Shown here: in pieces, positions 43,092-56,829 of the stretch
Layout of the letters: each line of letters starts with the position of its first letter
How positions within the stretch are numbered: the stretch's first letter is position 1
Source of the DNA: the human T2T-CHM13v2.0 reference genome, Homo sapiens
Length of the DNA: 64,000 nt
NCBI RefSeq assembly: GCF_009914755.1
Contig: NC_060927.1
Reading direction: 5' to 3' (one strand)
Notes under the pieces: model-generated
What the model was told of the DNA's origin: nothing
Databases searched by the model: none
Seen by the model: the letters and a program-made list of their open reading frames with translations, nothing else
Program-made: the position numbers and the translations under genes

Positions 43092-44291
43092 TTTTCCAGA
43101 TCTCACCATTGTTGAGACCAGTCCTAAATTCCATCAATATGCCCAAGGTGGCAGAGCCTCTGCAAATATTCAAGGAAGACAGCTTCATTTTTGAACAAAA
43201 TGCAACTTTGTTCAAAAGTTGCATTCTGCATTCAAGTAGCAGCTTGAAGAAAGTTATTCTATATAGAGGACAATACAGCAGGTCTGGTGGGAGAGAGTGA
43301 AGTTTTAAGAGAGAGGATGAGTAATTGATGAAATGTTTAGGCAGCACCAGGAGGAAGTGCGGTCATAAAATAAGTGGGCATTGGGACAGTAATCCTTTTG
43401 AGATGAGGAGATTTGAATCAAAATGGTGGTAAATAGAGATGTGACTTGTAATAAAAGAGAAATTTTGGAGATGTGCTTGCCTAATGGTCTTTATTTCATC
43501 TGAGAAGCAAAAATAAGATACTATTTTGAATGTGGAGCAGGCATTGGACAGAGGACTTAAAAAGCAAGGAAAAATTTAGAATGGCCTTTACAGTAACAGA
43601 GCTACCAGGGATTACAATGACTGAACAGCATTGATAATGGATGCCTAGTGGGGCTTAAATGTTAAATGAAAAAGACACTCACCTACACAGTTATTGGAAC
43701 CATCTGTATGACTTAGTGTCTAGATATCATAACCCTACAAGACATCTGGTTACATAGCCAGGCCCAGTACCAAGGAAATTCAAGCAGATGATCCCTTTCT
43801 GACATTAGGCAAAAAAGTATACTGCCTTGACTACCCGTATTAAAACAAACAAACAAACAAACAAAAAAACCAAAAAAAAAAACAAAAAACAAAAAACAAA
43901 AAAAAACACTTGATAACTACGGTTGATTATTTTAACTTAATTACTGGGAACAAAATGAAAATCCAATGTTGAATAACATCTCAGTGGTCATTTTAGGTCT
44001 ACCATCATTAGTTAATGCTGGGAGGACACTGGAATTGATTCGATTAACTTAAAATATACACAGAAGTATTATTATGCTACATTCAAGAGGTTTTTCTGTC
44101 TTGTAGAATCCAGTATCACCTAAAAAATGAGCAGGTGTCTCATAAAAGAAGAACAGATGAGATTTTTAAAAAGTTTGCATTTTTGTTCAAAAATGAAGCA
44201 AAGTCTTCCTCGAATATTTTCAGAGGCTCTACTACCTTGGGCATATTGATAGAACTTAGGACTGGTTTCAGCAATGGCGATTTCCAGAAAA
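43092..44291. repeat. Long inverted repeat: arms ~43092-43209 and ~44170-44291, spacer ~960 bp
   Basis: The reverse complement of the right arm aligns to the left arm; also visible in the ORF track as SSLNICRGSATLGILMEFRTGLNNG vs SSSNIFRGSTTLGILIELRTGFSNG. Confidence 0.95.
43842..43907 (+). repeat. (AAAC)n / A-rich simple repeat
   Basis: Read directly. Confidence 0.9.
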
Positions 44292-47200
44292 TAAATGTAA
44301 CAATACTAATGACAGGACCCTTTTAGGTTCCCCATATTTAGTAATATATAATGATAACGGAGCAATCATTGTAACTCATTGTGTGTCAAGATTGGTATCT
44401 ACCATTTAAATGTACAGAAATAGTTAAACTCTGAGAAAACAGCCTTGGTATTGACAGACAGTCATGTCAAGAAGAAGTGGAGCTGAATGGAAGGGTAAAA
44501 TGATGAATTCAGTTTGAGATAACGGGAATGCCAGTTAAAATGATAGGAAGTAGTGTCCTATACAGATAGTATATGTCTCATTGGTAAGGAAACTAGTTAT
44601 GAAACATATATAAACAAATGAATTTATAATATCATTTATATTTCTTGGCCATATGACTATTTTTTAAACCTGTGTTATAAGAGAGAATTAGATATACATA
44701 CTAGCGGCAACATAATGTTCAATAAAAAGGTATTTTACATGTATAATTGAGTTCTTAAACGTATGTATGGAGCCACTTTTTAAACATGAATGGGAGGCTA
44801 GAGCAAAGCTGCAAATAAGAAACAGCTTTGGCTGGGATTACCGTGATTATTAAAGCTGTAGGCACTTGACTAGCTTAAAAAATCTCCTCTTTGGTAATGG
44901 TTGTGATGTTTTCTTGGAACGTATTCACAGTTTAATTCTTACAACTTGTCTCATTTTCTGAAAAATTTTAGGAACTAAGAAGCCAAATGCTAAATAAACC
45001 ATAGCTAGTAATGAAAAGCATTATTTCTTTCTTTAAAACGTGTGCCTGGTACTTACGTTCTTTTAGGCCAAACTACTTTTATTATTTTCCACGAAGGTAT
45101 GCCAAGCCATCCTCAAACTAGCCTCTCAATGACTTCCAAACTGCTTCAGTTTGTATGCACACATTATACTCCCATCCATACACAGACGCACTCATGAAGT
45201 CAGTGCCACAGGTTTAGTTCCAAACACAATAAAGATTGCACAGTACTTGGCAGTATCTTAAAGGACATGTTCCACTCTGTTTTCTATATACTCGAGGATA
45301 ATCATCCAAATTTTAATAATATATTAATTTTATCATTTCTTAGACTCGATTTATTAAAACCTTAGTAAGAGCCAGCTTCCAAGATTCATGGCTGTTTATT
45401 TCAGTAACAAAGTAATGACATGAAGTCTTAAGAACTCTTTCAAGGTGGAACGAATACCAAGTCCTCATATGCCCTATTCACAGTAGAGAGCATGAAAGGC
45501 ACTTTGTGTTGACATACATTGTCTCACTCCTCTGTTCATGCTTTAACTGTTAGAAACCAAGAAACAACGCTTCAACTTTAATGTTTAGACTCTCCTTTAG
45601 TGGGAATTTATGAAACAGAAATGAATAACTGTATTCCTATGAGATGCTATTAATCGGGGCGATCACTCAGTTGGCACATTTTTGTTTCTTTCAGGTTATA
45701 CAAATTGAGAACCTTCTAATATTATTTGATTATGCGACCTCTCTAGAGATCAATCACTATTATTACCCAAACCTTTTGTTATTCTGATACACAAGGTCGA
45801 TTATTAAAATATCCCATTTCATTTATGAGGAAAAAAAGTCACAGCCTTTGCCGCTCAAAACAAAACTAGTTGATGTTGCATCACAAACACATCTGGGAAA
45901 GCAGTTAAGTTGCCAGGTTTTGAATTATCAAAGGGATGATGTAAAAACAAATTCATTGAATAACACAGAATTTCCAAACTCAGCTAATGGACAAGATGAT
46001 TCATTGTTCCAATGTGGCAAGACTAAATAGAAAGCCAACAACTGGGAAAGGACAAAAATGCAGAGACTGGAAACTTTCAAACTTGGGCATGGAAAGCAAG
46101 CAATTTGCTGTAATCAGAATGTAATAAGTAGCATTAATTTATAGGAAGATGTCTTTTAGAGAACCAAATTAGCCTAATCAATTTAGAAACTTATTAATGG
46201 CCCTGACAATTTTCCTTAAGGACCACATCAAGGTACAAAACTGTTAAAGTCACTTCAGCATTCGCATAAAAGTAGGTTATCTTCACATCAAATCTGACTG
46301 TGGTTATGAAGCCTATCTTGGAGTACATTTTGAAGCAGTTTTCAAATTAAAGTTTCATTAGTGCTCCCTTAATACTGTCATTTATTGATTGTTCTCATCT
46401 CCATTCCATTCATGTACTATCATTTTCCTCCAGTGAATCATTCCAATGTATGATAGACTTAGCAGAAACTATTTCTCTGTATATGTGGAAAGAGGAGGAA
46501 ACTATTCAGGGCAGCAGAGAGACCAGGCTTTGAGTCAAAAATAGTTCACTATTTAATGTTGCCACCCACAAATTACTTGATCTCGGAAATCACTTGACCT
46601 TTCTTAGTTTTGCTTCCTTATCTAAAAAAAGAAAGTAAGGCCTACCCACCTAATTTGTGGGAAGAAACAATAATTCCAACAGTAACTTTTGTGTTCTGTG
46701 AAATACTATTTCAACATAAGTTTTTAGTATATGAACTAGCAAGAAAAATAAAAACATTTTGCTCTAAATAGACATAGAAATGTAAATCCCATCATTTCTA
46801 ATGGCAGACGTTTGTTATTATTAGTTATAATTATATTATTAATATATTAATATGGATGTATGCTATTTGGTTTTTTCAAATCCTTTATGCCTGCTAAAAC
46901 TTCTGAATTATGGAAACTTTTACTTTTGTTAAGGGCAACTTTTTAAGAAAGGAATTCTTTTTCCTGGCTTTTTTTGTAGTGGTTCTTCAATTCTTAAGAA
47001 TTTAAATTAAGAACACATGTTCTAATTTATGATCTGAAAAGAGAAAACTCTAAGTATCATCTCTTCAGATTAACTTGCATTGATTTTTTTTTATTTATGA
47101 AGAATCAACGTGGAATATATTGGTTTAGACAAATTTCTGAATAATTAAAAATTATGCCACTAATAAAAAATTGTTACAGATCCAACTGTTCACCAAATTC

Positions 47201-47374
47201 CGTAGGAACTGAAAAACTGTATATTGAAAGCAATTTTCTAAGGTCAAACTCTTCTTTATGAGGTCCTCAAATACTTTTTTAACTCAATCTACTAGAAGCT
47301 GTCAATTAACCAGTAATTGAGATGTGTCTACTTTATTTGGGAGAGAACAAATGGAAAGGCATATCAAAATCATA

Positions 47375-48700
47375 TCTTACAGAACATAGGTTTGAGTACT
47401 TCTTATCGTTCCGACTCTTAAGGAAATTTATCTTTATCATGAGCATCTCAATGCCTAGCTTTTTAAACTTTTTAAAAGTATAATTCAAATAGAGTACTGC
47501 ATAGATCATATTTATAAAACTCAATGAATTTTTACAAGGGAACACTCCTAGATGACAGAATATTATGCTGTTTTTAAGGCAAATTGCAGAATATGTTTAG
47601 ACTCTGACAGCTATTCAACTCAATTTTCTACAACCCCTATGTCTACCAGGCAGCAGAATTTAATTATTTGTTTCACAAATGTTTGGGGGCCCCTACTTTG
47701 TTCAAGGCACTGACAGGCATTGCAAGAGGCAGAAAGAGTAATAAAACAAAATCTCTACTGTCACAGAACTCACTGTTGAGATTACTGATGTTCTACGAGA
47801 TCAGCAAAGAACTGAATTATCCAGGGAAGTCCAACTTAGTTCGCTGTGCCCTACTTATTACTTCTTAATAAGTTCCTCTTCGGAGAACCCAAGAAATTGA
47901 TATTTTCCAGGCAAGAGAGTGTATCTCTGAGATGGCAGCAGAGGGCAAGGTCTACCACTGCCTGGACCTTGCCCACTGGACCTTGCCCACTACTGCCACC
48001 TTAGAGGTACTCTTTCTTTCCTGGAAGGAATCAATTTTCTCAGATTCCCCAAAGAGTCAAGCAGACCCCAGCTTCTAAACCATCACAAAGTCTATGAGCA
48101 CTCAGAATTTGTCAGAATACGTGAGCTCAAGCTCACTGACCCGCACCCACTGTCAAAAGCATCATTAAAAGGGGAAAAATGGATAGGGCATTGTCTAAGA
48201 GGTATGTGGCCCCCTCATCATTCTAGAAATTAAAATGTTTGAAGCTGGACAAGGAGGCATCCAATAACTAAACTTCTTTATATTCTGTAAGTAAGATTCC
48301 TGTTCAAATCTTTGCTACATTAACAAGGATGTTGTTCACAGGGCCATTCAATTCCTTCTTTATGAAGACTCATGAGAAACATTTTTTTCAGATTCAGTAC
48401 CAAGAATGGTTTTTTATCTGGAAAAATAGTATTCTGATTATATCTGCTTCTTTGGGTCTAATGGCTGTTTAAAAACTTATGGTTAAATTGGTGGACCAAG
48501 TCTGGTGAGTGTGTATTCTTACAGAACATAGGTTTGAGTACTTCTTTACTTATCTTTTCTACTCTTAAGGAAATTTCTCTTTACCATGAGTGTCTCAATG
48601 CTTCACTTTTTAAACTTTTTAAAAGTATAATTCAAATACAGAGTACTGCATAGATCACATTTATACAACTCAATTAATTTTTACAAGTCAACACTCCTAG
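47375..48700 (+). repeat. Dispersed direct duplication: 47375-47551 and 48517-48700
   Basis: Manual alignment: first 28 bp identical, about 15 substitutions and 2 indels overall. Confidence 0.95.
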
Positions 48701-48995
48701 GTAACCAACACCCCAAAGCATGAAGCAGGACATTTTGGCATCTTACCTTCTCCCTCAACATTAGCCACAATGTGCTTATGAGTTAGCTTTGCTTAATATT
48801 CAACTTTACTTAAATGAATCATCCTTTATGGGGTTTCTACCTCTTGATGCTCAACATTATGTTTGTGATAGTATTCACATTCTAGTCTGTAATTATAGTT
48901 ATTTCACAATCATTCTAGGCTCTTATTTTTTTGGAATTTGATTTAGTGATCCTTTACATACTTTTTAAAGTCATCTTAAACCCATTATTTTAAAC

Positions 48996-50085
48996 AAAGG
49001 TTTAGAATAAGCAATGAGTTTTGGGATATGACATCAAAGGCACTTGCAACAATGACAAAAAATAGACAAATAGGACTTTATGAAAATTTTAAAATTTTGT
49101 GCAAAAAGGCCATATCAACAAAGTAAAAGATAACCACAGAATGGGAGAAAATATTTACAAATCATATATCAGATTAAGGATTAATATCTAGAATATACAT
49201 GGAACTCCTAAAATGCAACAACAAAGCAACCTGATTAAAAATGGGCAAAGGACTTGACTAAATATTGCTTTAAAGGAGACATACAAATGGCTAACGAGCA
49301 CATGAAAAGAGACTCAACATCCCTAATCATTAGGAAAATATAAATCAAAACTACAATTAGATACCACTTCACCCCCATTAGGATAGCTACTATAAAAAAA
49401 ATAGAAAATATGCATTGGTGAAGATGTGGAAAAATTAGAAAACTTGTATGCTTTTGGTGGAAATATAAAATGTACAGCCACTGTGGAAACAGTATGGCAG
49501 TTCCTCTAAGTATTAGAAGTATTATGTCATCTAGCAATTCTGCTTCTGAATATATTCCAAAAGGATTGAAAGTAGAGTCTTAAGGGATATCTGTGCACTC
49601 ATGTTTACAGCAACATTAAACCGAAGCAGCCTTATACAACAGCTAAACAAAAGCAATCTAAGTGTCTATGGACAGTTGACAAGAAATGCAAAATGTCATA
49701 TACACACACAGTGGAATATCATCTAGCCTTAAAAAGGAAGGAAATTCTGACACATGTTACAACATGGATGAAATCAAGTTATGTGAAATAAGCCAATTAC
49801 AAAAAGACAAATACTGTATGATTCCACTTACATGAGGTACTTAAAGTAATCAAAATCAATCATAGAGACAGAAAATAGCATGGTGGTTGCCAGGGGCTGT
49901 GGGCAGGGAAGAATGGGGAACAACTGTTTAATGGATATAGAGTTTCAGTTTTGCAAGATGAAAAGAGTTCTAGAGATGGATGATGGTGATGTTTGCACAA
50001 CAATATGAATGTACACTGAGCGGTGCACTTAAAATGATTAAGATGATACATTTCATATTATATATATTTATGACAAAAATAAACA
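48996..50085 (+). mobile_element. L1MB 3' end (ORF2 C-terminus and 3' UTR)
   Basis: ccacagaatgggagaaaatattt...aaaatgggcaaaggacttga...gtttcagttttgcaagatgaaaagagttctagagatggatgatggtgat. Confidence 0.85.
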
Positions 50086-50196
50086 AGATAAAGTATGAAT
50101 AAGTAAACATTGTCTATTCACTGAGGGCGAAATATCAACTAATATCTAAGAAAAAAAGTTGAAAAACAAAAAAGAATTCTAAAAAATGGTTCTTAC

Positions 50197-50295
50197 CTTT
50201 CTGGTTAAACCCAAGCCCAACTAACCAGAACATCTCATTAGCTGATATTTCTATGTAATTACATTATGTGGTCAGTCGACGAGATGTTTATCTTT
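50197..50295 (-). other. Candidate 99-nt cassette exon
   Basis: Minus strand: acceptor aatttttttttag|AAAG, strong donor GAAAG|gtaaga. Confidence 0.25.
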
Positions 50296-51431
50296 CTAAA
50301 AAAAATTTTTTTTTGTTTGCAAACAAACTTTATTTTAGTTCAATCTTTCACAAACATACTGTACAGAGTCTTCTATGGTATGAAACAAAGGAAAACATCT
50401 CTGTCTGTTCAATTTAACACACCACCAAAATAAAGCAATTAAGACTTTGGGGAATTCAAAGGTACAAGAAAACAAGAATGGTTATTACTAATTCCTCAGC
50501 TTTTTACCATAAACACTTGTCATTTAACATAGTGTTTGATATAGTTTCTTTTGTACTGCAAGTACTTTTGGTCTTTCCTCCCTGTAGAACAAATGAAGAC
50601 TTAAAATGAACCCCATAGCATCCTCTGAAAGAGGTGAAAAGATAAAGCCCCTAGACATAGCATTCACTTCCATTAAATTTGCCAAAGGAAACTGTTAATA
50701 TGTTTCTGTTGTTATTATTATTCCTGTAGGATTTATTGTACCTCACAGTATTTATTGTTTCCCAAAATAAGCATCATTAGTTGGGGATTCAGGATTTTTA
50801 TTTGTGAAAATTTCAGAAACAATAGATTCTTAAAGATAAGCTAAAATTTTTTTTTAATATTTTTTAAGCTTGTCCTTATTCTTTACCTTGTTTCAGGTTA
50901 TATACAGTACAATCAATCAGAGGAAGCAGAGTTCAAAATTTGGCCCTTCCTGGCTGTGTATATATTCTTTGGCATAGTTTCTTATCTCTAAAAGCAGTTT
51001 AATCATACTTCCTTGCCCCTAAAATGCTGAGGTTAAACATAAAGAGCCAACTACACCCAATACAAGTACTCAATACTAATAAGGTAGTCATTGTCTATGG
51101 TAATGCTATTATTTATACACTGGTCTTTACACTCCATGAGGACAGGGTCTCACTTTTTCTGTCAACTTCGTTATTCCCAGCACTAGCACTCTCCAGGTAC
51201 ACAGTAATCACTCATACAATATTTATTGAGTGCATTATGTTAGAGTGAAGAGAGCAGAAAATAATTGATTGCCCTGTACATCTTTGATTCACAATCTGAT
51301 CAAAATTAAAACATATTAAAATAATGTACTTTAAAAATAAATTTCTGGTCCTTCCTGCATTTTTTACATTTTACTAATGTTGGGTCTGCTGTCTTTTCAC
51401 ACATCTTGCATAATATTTTTTAAAAGATGAT

Positions 51432-51933
51432 TGTGGTAGACAAAATAATGCACATCCTCCTCCTACTCCTGTACTCCTCAGTCCTTACTGAAAATACATT
51501 AGTTCGTAATCCTTAGAACCTGTAAATGATAACCTTATTTGGAAAAAGGGTTTTTCATATGTTATTACATTAAGGATTTTTAAGTGAGATTTTCCTGGAT
51601 TATAAGGGTAGGCTTTAAATGCAAATATAATTGTCCTTACAAAAGAGAAACAAAGAGAGATCAGACACTCAGAGAAGAAGGCAGTGAAGACAAAGGCCGA
51701 GATTGGAGTGATGTGGCCACAAGCCAAGGAATGGCAACAGAAGCTGGAAGAGGCCAGGAAAAGATTCTCCCCTAAAGCCTTCTAAGAGAGCAAATCTTTG
51801 CCAACATCTGGCTTTTGGCCAGTGATACTAATTTCAAACATCTGGCTCTAGAATTTTGAAAGAATATATTCTTATTGTTTTAAGCCTCCAATTTATAGCA
51901 ATCTTGGTACAGTAGCCATAGAAAACTAATATA
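51432..51933 (+). mobile_element. MLT1C/D-like MaLR solo LTR
   Basis: aaccttatttggaaaaaggg...gagattggagtgatgtggccacaagccaaggaatg...agaagctggaagaggc...gaaaactaatata. Confidence 0.85.
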
Positions 51934-51934
51934 T

Positions 51935-52190
51935 GATGATAATAAAAATGGCTAACATTTATGCCTTACTAGGTACTAGACTATTCAAAACACTTTACGT
52001 GTATCACCTTATTAAGTCTTCAATCAGTGCTCTGAGATTTATTTTCACTACTTTATAGATGAGGACACTGAGGTAAAGAGAGGTGCAATAACTTGATTAA
52101 ATTCTCACCACTTTTAAAGAAAAAAAACAAGGATTCAAATCCAGCCCGTCTAGTTCTTAAACTCATACTCTTAAAATGCTACACTATGCT
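51935..52190 (-). mobile_element. MIR SINE
   Basis: tttatagatgaggacactgaggtaaagagaggtgcaataacttg...ggattcaaatccag. Confidence 0.7.
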
Positions 52191-53283
52191 AAATAACTGT
52201 TTTTCTCTATGATTTTGATGTCAAGTTTTACTGTGAATAGAATATACTATGAAGTTACTGTGAATGTAGAATTTATAGCCACCTGATAACTCGGTCCAGT
52301 ACATGGAACCTTTGTTCTTTACATTCCAGGTGATCTGGATGGCTTTAGGAAACTGAGACACCTAACTTCTGGAAGTTGTACTTAACTAAATACAATTTTA
52401 AAATCTAGATTTTTTTTTTTCAGAATGCCTTCTGGAGTTTCCTGTGTTATTCTTTTGTTTAAGGAGCACCTGAAAGAAAAGATACATTTCATTCTTTTTT
52501 TCTTTCATTTCAGTTGAGGATAGATGGAGACTGTTGGAGAAGCAAAGGAAAAAGAAGTCTCTAATAATCTCTTCTATTATACAAATTGCGGAGAATAACT
52601 CTTCAGTAATAAAATCAGAACATATAAGATAACAAAAAAAGTTAACAGGGAACATCTGGCCTCATGTTATGAGAGACTCTCAGGAAAATCCTCAAATGTA
52701 ACTTCCTAACACTGTGGCATAATAACGCATTTTATTCTCATGGGGACAAATAGGTCTAATGACGAATCAAGGCGCATCAAGATCAGTACTGTTTCCTGAA
52801 AGATGGGCTACATAACTTGCAAGGAAGGAAAATGAAAATTCTCTTACTGAAAACTTCTCACTGAAAAGACCTGTTTTGAAATGCTACATGCTGGCTTGTT
52901 TTGGTAGATATATTTCCATAAAGAGAACTGTCCCTATGTGTTGCAAATAAGGCAAAAAATTAAACACATGTTAGGATGACATTATAGGTAAATAAATAAA
53001 GTAACTAAGCGATCTAAAGGTCTCTATCCTATTCTAAAACTGTGTTCTAGTATACTCTACTGGTTTATCAGGAGGTTAGGAATAAGATACTCTTTGAGAC
53101 ATATCCCAATCTAGGCACACTACTAGAAGTAGTACAGAATTATCTGAATATGATTGAAACCACATTTATAATAGGATAAAGGCCTTGTAAAATAATTTGA
53201 TTCATCTCTGCCCCTGGGTGTCCTTCAACTTCCTCTAATTGCAAATTTTTTATGTTAATCATGAGTTATTCCAAAATGGGAAG

Positions 53284-53653
53284 TGTCTTAATCAGTATGG
53301 ACTGCTACAACAAAATACTATGAACTAGGTAGCTAAACAACAAACACATGTTTATCACAGTTCTGGAGGCTGTGAAGACCAGGATCTTGGTGCCAGCAGA
53401 TTCAATGACTGCGGTGGGCCCTCTTCCTGGTCTGCAGATGGCTATCTTCTTGCTGCATCTTCACATGACAAAGAAAGGGTCCTCATCTCTTCCTCATCTT
53501 ATAAGAGCACTAATCCCATTACAGGGGCTCTACCCTTATAACCTCATCTAACCCGAATCATTTCTCAAAGGCTTCACCTCAAATACTATCCCATTAAGGG
53601 CTAGGGCTCCACAATATCAGTTTGGGGGAGATATAAACATTCAATCCATAGCA
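53284..53653 (-). mobile_element. MLT1A0-like MaLR solo LTR
   Basis: tgtcttaatcag...cacagttctggaggctg...aacattcaatccatagca; perfect 5-bp TSD GGAAG at 53279-53283 and 53654-53658. Confidence 0.88.
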
Positions 53654-56600
53654 GGAAGACATCACTAGCTTTACCAGGCTCTAAAAAAGTAGAAGTAAAT
53701 ACATTTTTAATTGACTAGAATGTTTTAAATGATCTCCCGTGTGTCATCTACTTGTTCAAAATATAAATTACACTGGCAGTTTTTGGGTGTGTAATCTACA
53801 GAAGCTGATCTCAGCTTCCTAAGTGGCAATTTAAGCACTTGCTTGATTTTCAACTCACCAGCTTTATTTTATTCAATTTCTCACTTTAGAGTCCTTGTCA
53901 GAAAACTAAGAAGTACCATCTACCTTGAGTTCCAAGCTCTTGAAACATTCAAAATTACAGATCCTTTTCCAATATTAGTTTCTTCAATCTGGGATGTCAG
54001 TGTGACTCATGTTTATGGAGCTTAAATTACCTTTCAGAGATCTGGTTGTTCAAATCACCAAATAATATCAAATAAAATATTAGTCCTATTGTTTGAATAT
54101 GAAACAAACATTTTTAAAACAGTAGAAAATACATACATGTGATTATAAGGCTAACCATTTACAAGACTCCCATTGTCATGAAACATTTTGCAGTTTGACG
54201 ATTCAAGTTCATAATTAGTTTCATTATTTTAATACTCTTCTAAGGTTAAATATGTTAGCTACTATAAAAACCTCCTTAACTACTGCCAAAAAATAAAACA
54301 ACTCTCTAGGCAAGTTATTATGAGACATGTAGATTTATTGGAAACAGTAAGATATCATGCAAATACAATGAAACATAGTAAATTATCGTTAATTTCCCCA
54401 AGATTTTCTATTTTCCAAAGCTGCTCCCAAATTTGGAATATTAATAGCACTAGCATCCCAATGGGTTTATACAAATTTTATTTGATAATTCCATTCATGT
54501 ATGGATAAATGAGATCTGTGACTTAAAATATATCATCACTCTCAAAATAAAGTATAATTACAGCTAGTGAAGAAACATGACAAAGTTATCTTACTTGTTC
54601 TTACTCCTACTTTTAAAACCTCAAAATCTTTATAGACAGTACTAACATTACTTAGCTGAAGAACTCATAAGTACTGAATTTATGAAGTTGGAGATTATAA
54701 GAAAATAATGGATACTGTATACTCAGCTACCTGCATACACTTAGCAATGAGAAATGCAACATTTTAATTAAATTACAAAAAAACTAAGTTAGATGTGACT
54801 CATCTAATCTTCGTTACTATAGATGAAACACTGTTTTCTTGAATTGCAAACATTTTCATTATTGAACTTTTGATGCACCTGGTAAATAGCACGTCACAGC
54901 AGGGGTAGTAATTGTTTTGAAAATACTGTTTAAAATAAAAGGGAAATTTTAAAACAAGCTGCTTGTACCTCTTAATGGAAATTTAAAATCCTGTCAGGAT
55001 CTGAGCTTTAATTATAAGCTGGCTGAAATATGGAAGTGTTCATGTAGACCTCAGGATAACTCTATAGTCACACAAATATGATGTTAGCACCAGACATGTT
55101 TGATGTTATAAATCACACATTGTTAAGACAAGGGCTATAATGTAGCACTATTGATTTACAATAACAGGACTCAAAGAACGTCATTCAAGATGAACACTAA
55201 GATCTCAGTGTTCTGCCCTCTCTAAAGCTGGCAGTCCGAATTATATAAGTGCCACACAATTTTTATTTTATTTCACATCTACAAATTCTGCATTCTGTTA
55301 TATTAAATACCTGAAATGGTTGGGTATGAATCAATCTATGGTATTACAATCACTGTATGAATTTTTCATGGAATTAAAACTTAGAGAGGTTTATTGCTCT
55401 CATTTTTCAAGTGAGGCTCAAAGAGGTTGTGTAGGGGTTAACAACCGACTTTGGAGTTCTGCAATCTTGGATTACAAAACACTAACTGTGGGACTTTTCC
55501 CAATTTAACTTCTCTAAATCTCCTTTTCCTTGTCTACGGAATGGAGATGGTAACAACGCCACCTTCTTGGGATTGTTAGGCATTTACATTAGCTGTAGAG
55601 TTTGGTGTTCAGTGAATGGGAAACACATTTTAGGTGTTATTATTATTAGGTAACCCCAAAGATCTCTCAGCCACATTGTCATAGAGCAAAAATAATTCAG
55701 AAGCCCCGATTTTTGCCTCAGGTCTCTTTCTCCTAACACAGACAACTTCCAGCACTTCATTTCCTTAAATCTGAGATAATACATTAACTCAAGATGTTTG
55801 CCCATTCCCCTAGTCTACATTTTAGCTCCATGAAGAGAGTGCTCAAGTTAATTTCTAAAAAACATCTGGAAAGAAATGTGAAGAAATTGCAGCAAACCCC
55901 GGACATGCTGTGTTGCATCAATCTACATAATTTGAAATGACCCATATTTGCCTTTCATGCTTAGAGACCAGAGTAGTGTGACTGAATTACCAGCATAGGC
56001 CAACGAGTGGCACGACAACCCAGAGGGAGGAAGACCTTTCCAGTAGGTTTTAGAAAACATCGTGAACCGGAATTCAGTGGTCACCTGAAAGGCACATTTC
56101 ACAGACCAGCTAGCAAACAGACTCAGCAGAACAGAGATGATTTCCCCACCATATTCCGGGAACACCGCAGAATTAGCATAGAACAGCGCCAGCTCTAGGG
56201 TCCTTAGTTACACCTACAGAATGTCAGATGTTCTTCTCAGTCAGTTCAAGGTTCCAGAATTGAAGACACTCCAATGCCCAGAAACCACGCATCACTCGTT
56301 TGAAATCACAGACCAGCTCGGGCTAAAGCACCCATCAGCACAATCTCCAGAAACACATGAGGTGGACAAGCCTGATTGTAAGGGGGACAGATCTGGAATT
56401 GGGCATTTCACACAGGGTGACACCATTTTGGAGGCTGCAGGTGTCCTCTGACCCAAATTCATACACACAATAAAACATCTCCCAAAATGCAAGAGGTCAA
56501 AAGGTACACAACTCTGTGCTCTCTTCTAATTTGCTCCTCCAGGTACTCAATGGAAGCGTAAAAAGAGGCACTAGCTGGCCAAGAAGACAATCAGATTCAG

Positions 56601-56829
56601 GAGCCCTGGCTTACACTCAGCCTCCCAACCCCACCCTAAATGTCAAAGTGATTTCCTTGGAGGGACGCTTCATATAACTCAAGAGCTTCTCATCCTGCCC
56701 TCAAAACGCGTGTATCTCAGGTTTTTTTAAGTATTTGTTTTAAAAAGAAGAAGAAGAAGAAGGAAATGAAAAGGAAGCAGGAAGCTGTCCCGCTGTGTTT
56801 CTTTATCCCAACAACTTCGCCAGGTTTCC

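Noticed and set aside
49235-50051. Hydrophobic 100-aa and 63-aa minus-strand ORFs
   Set aside because: Antisense translations of the L1MB 3' end
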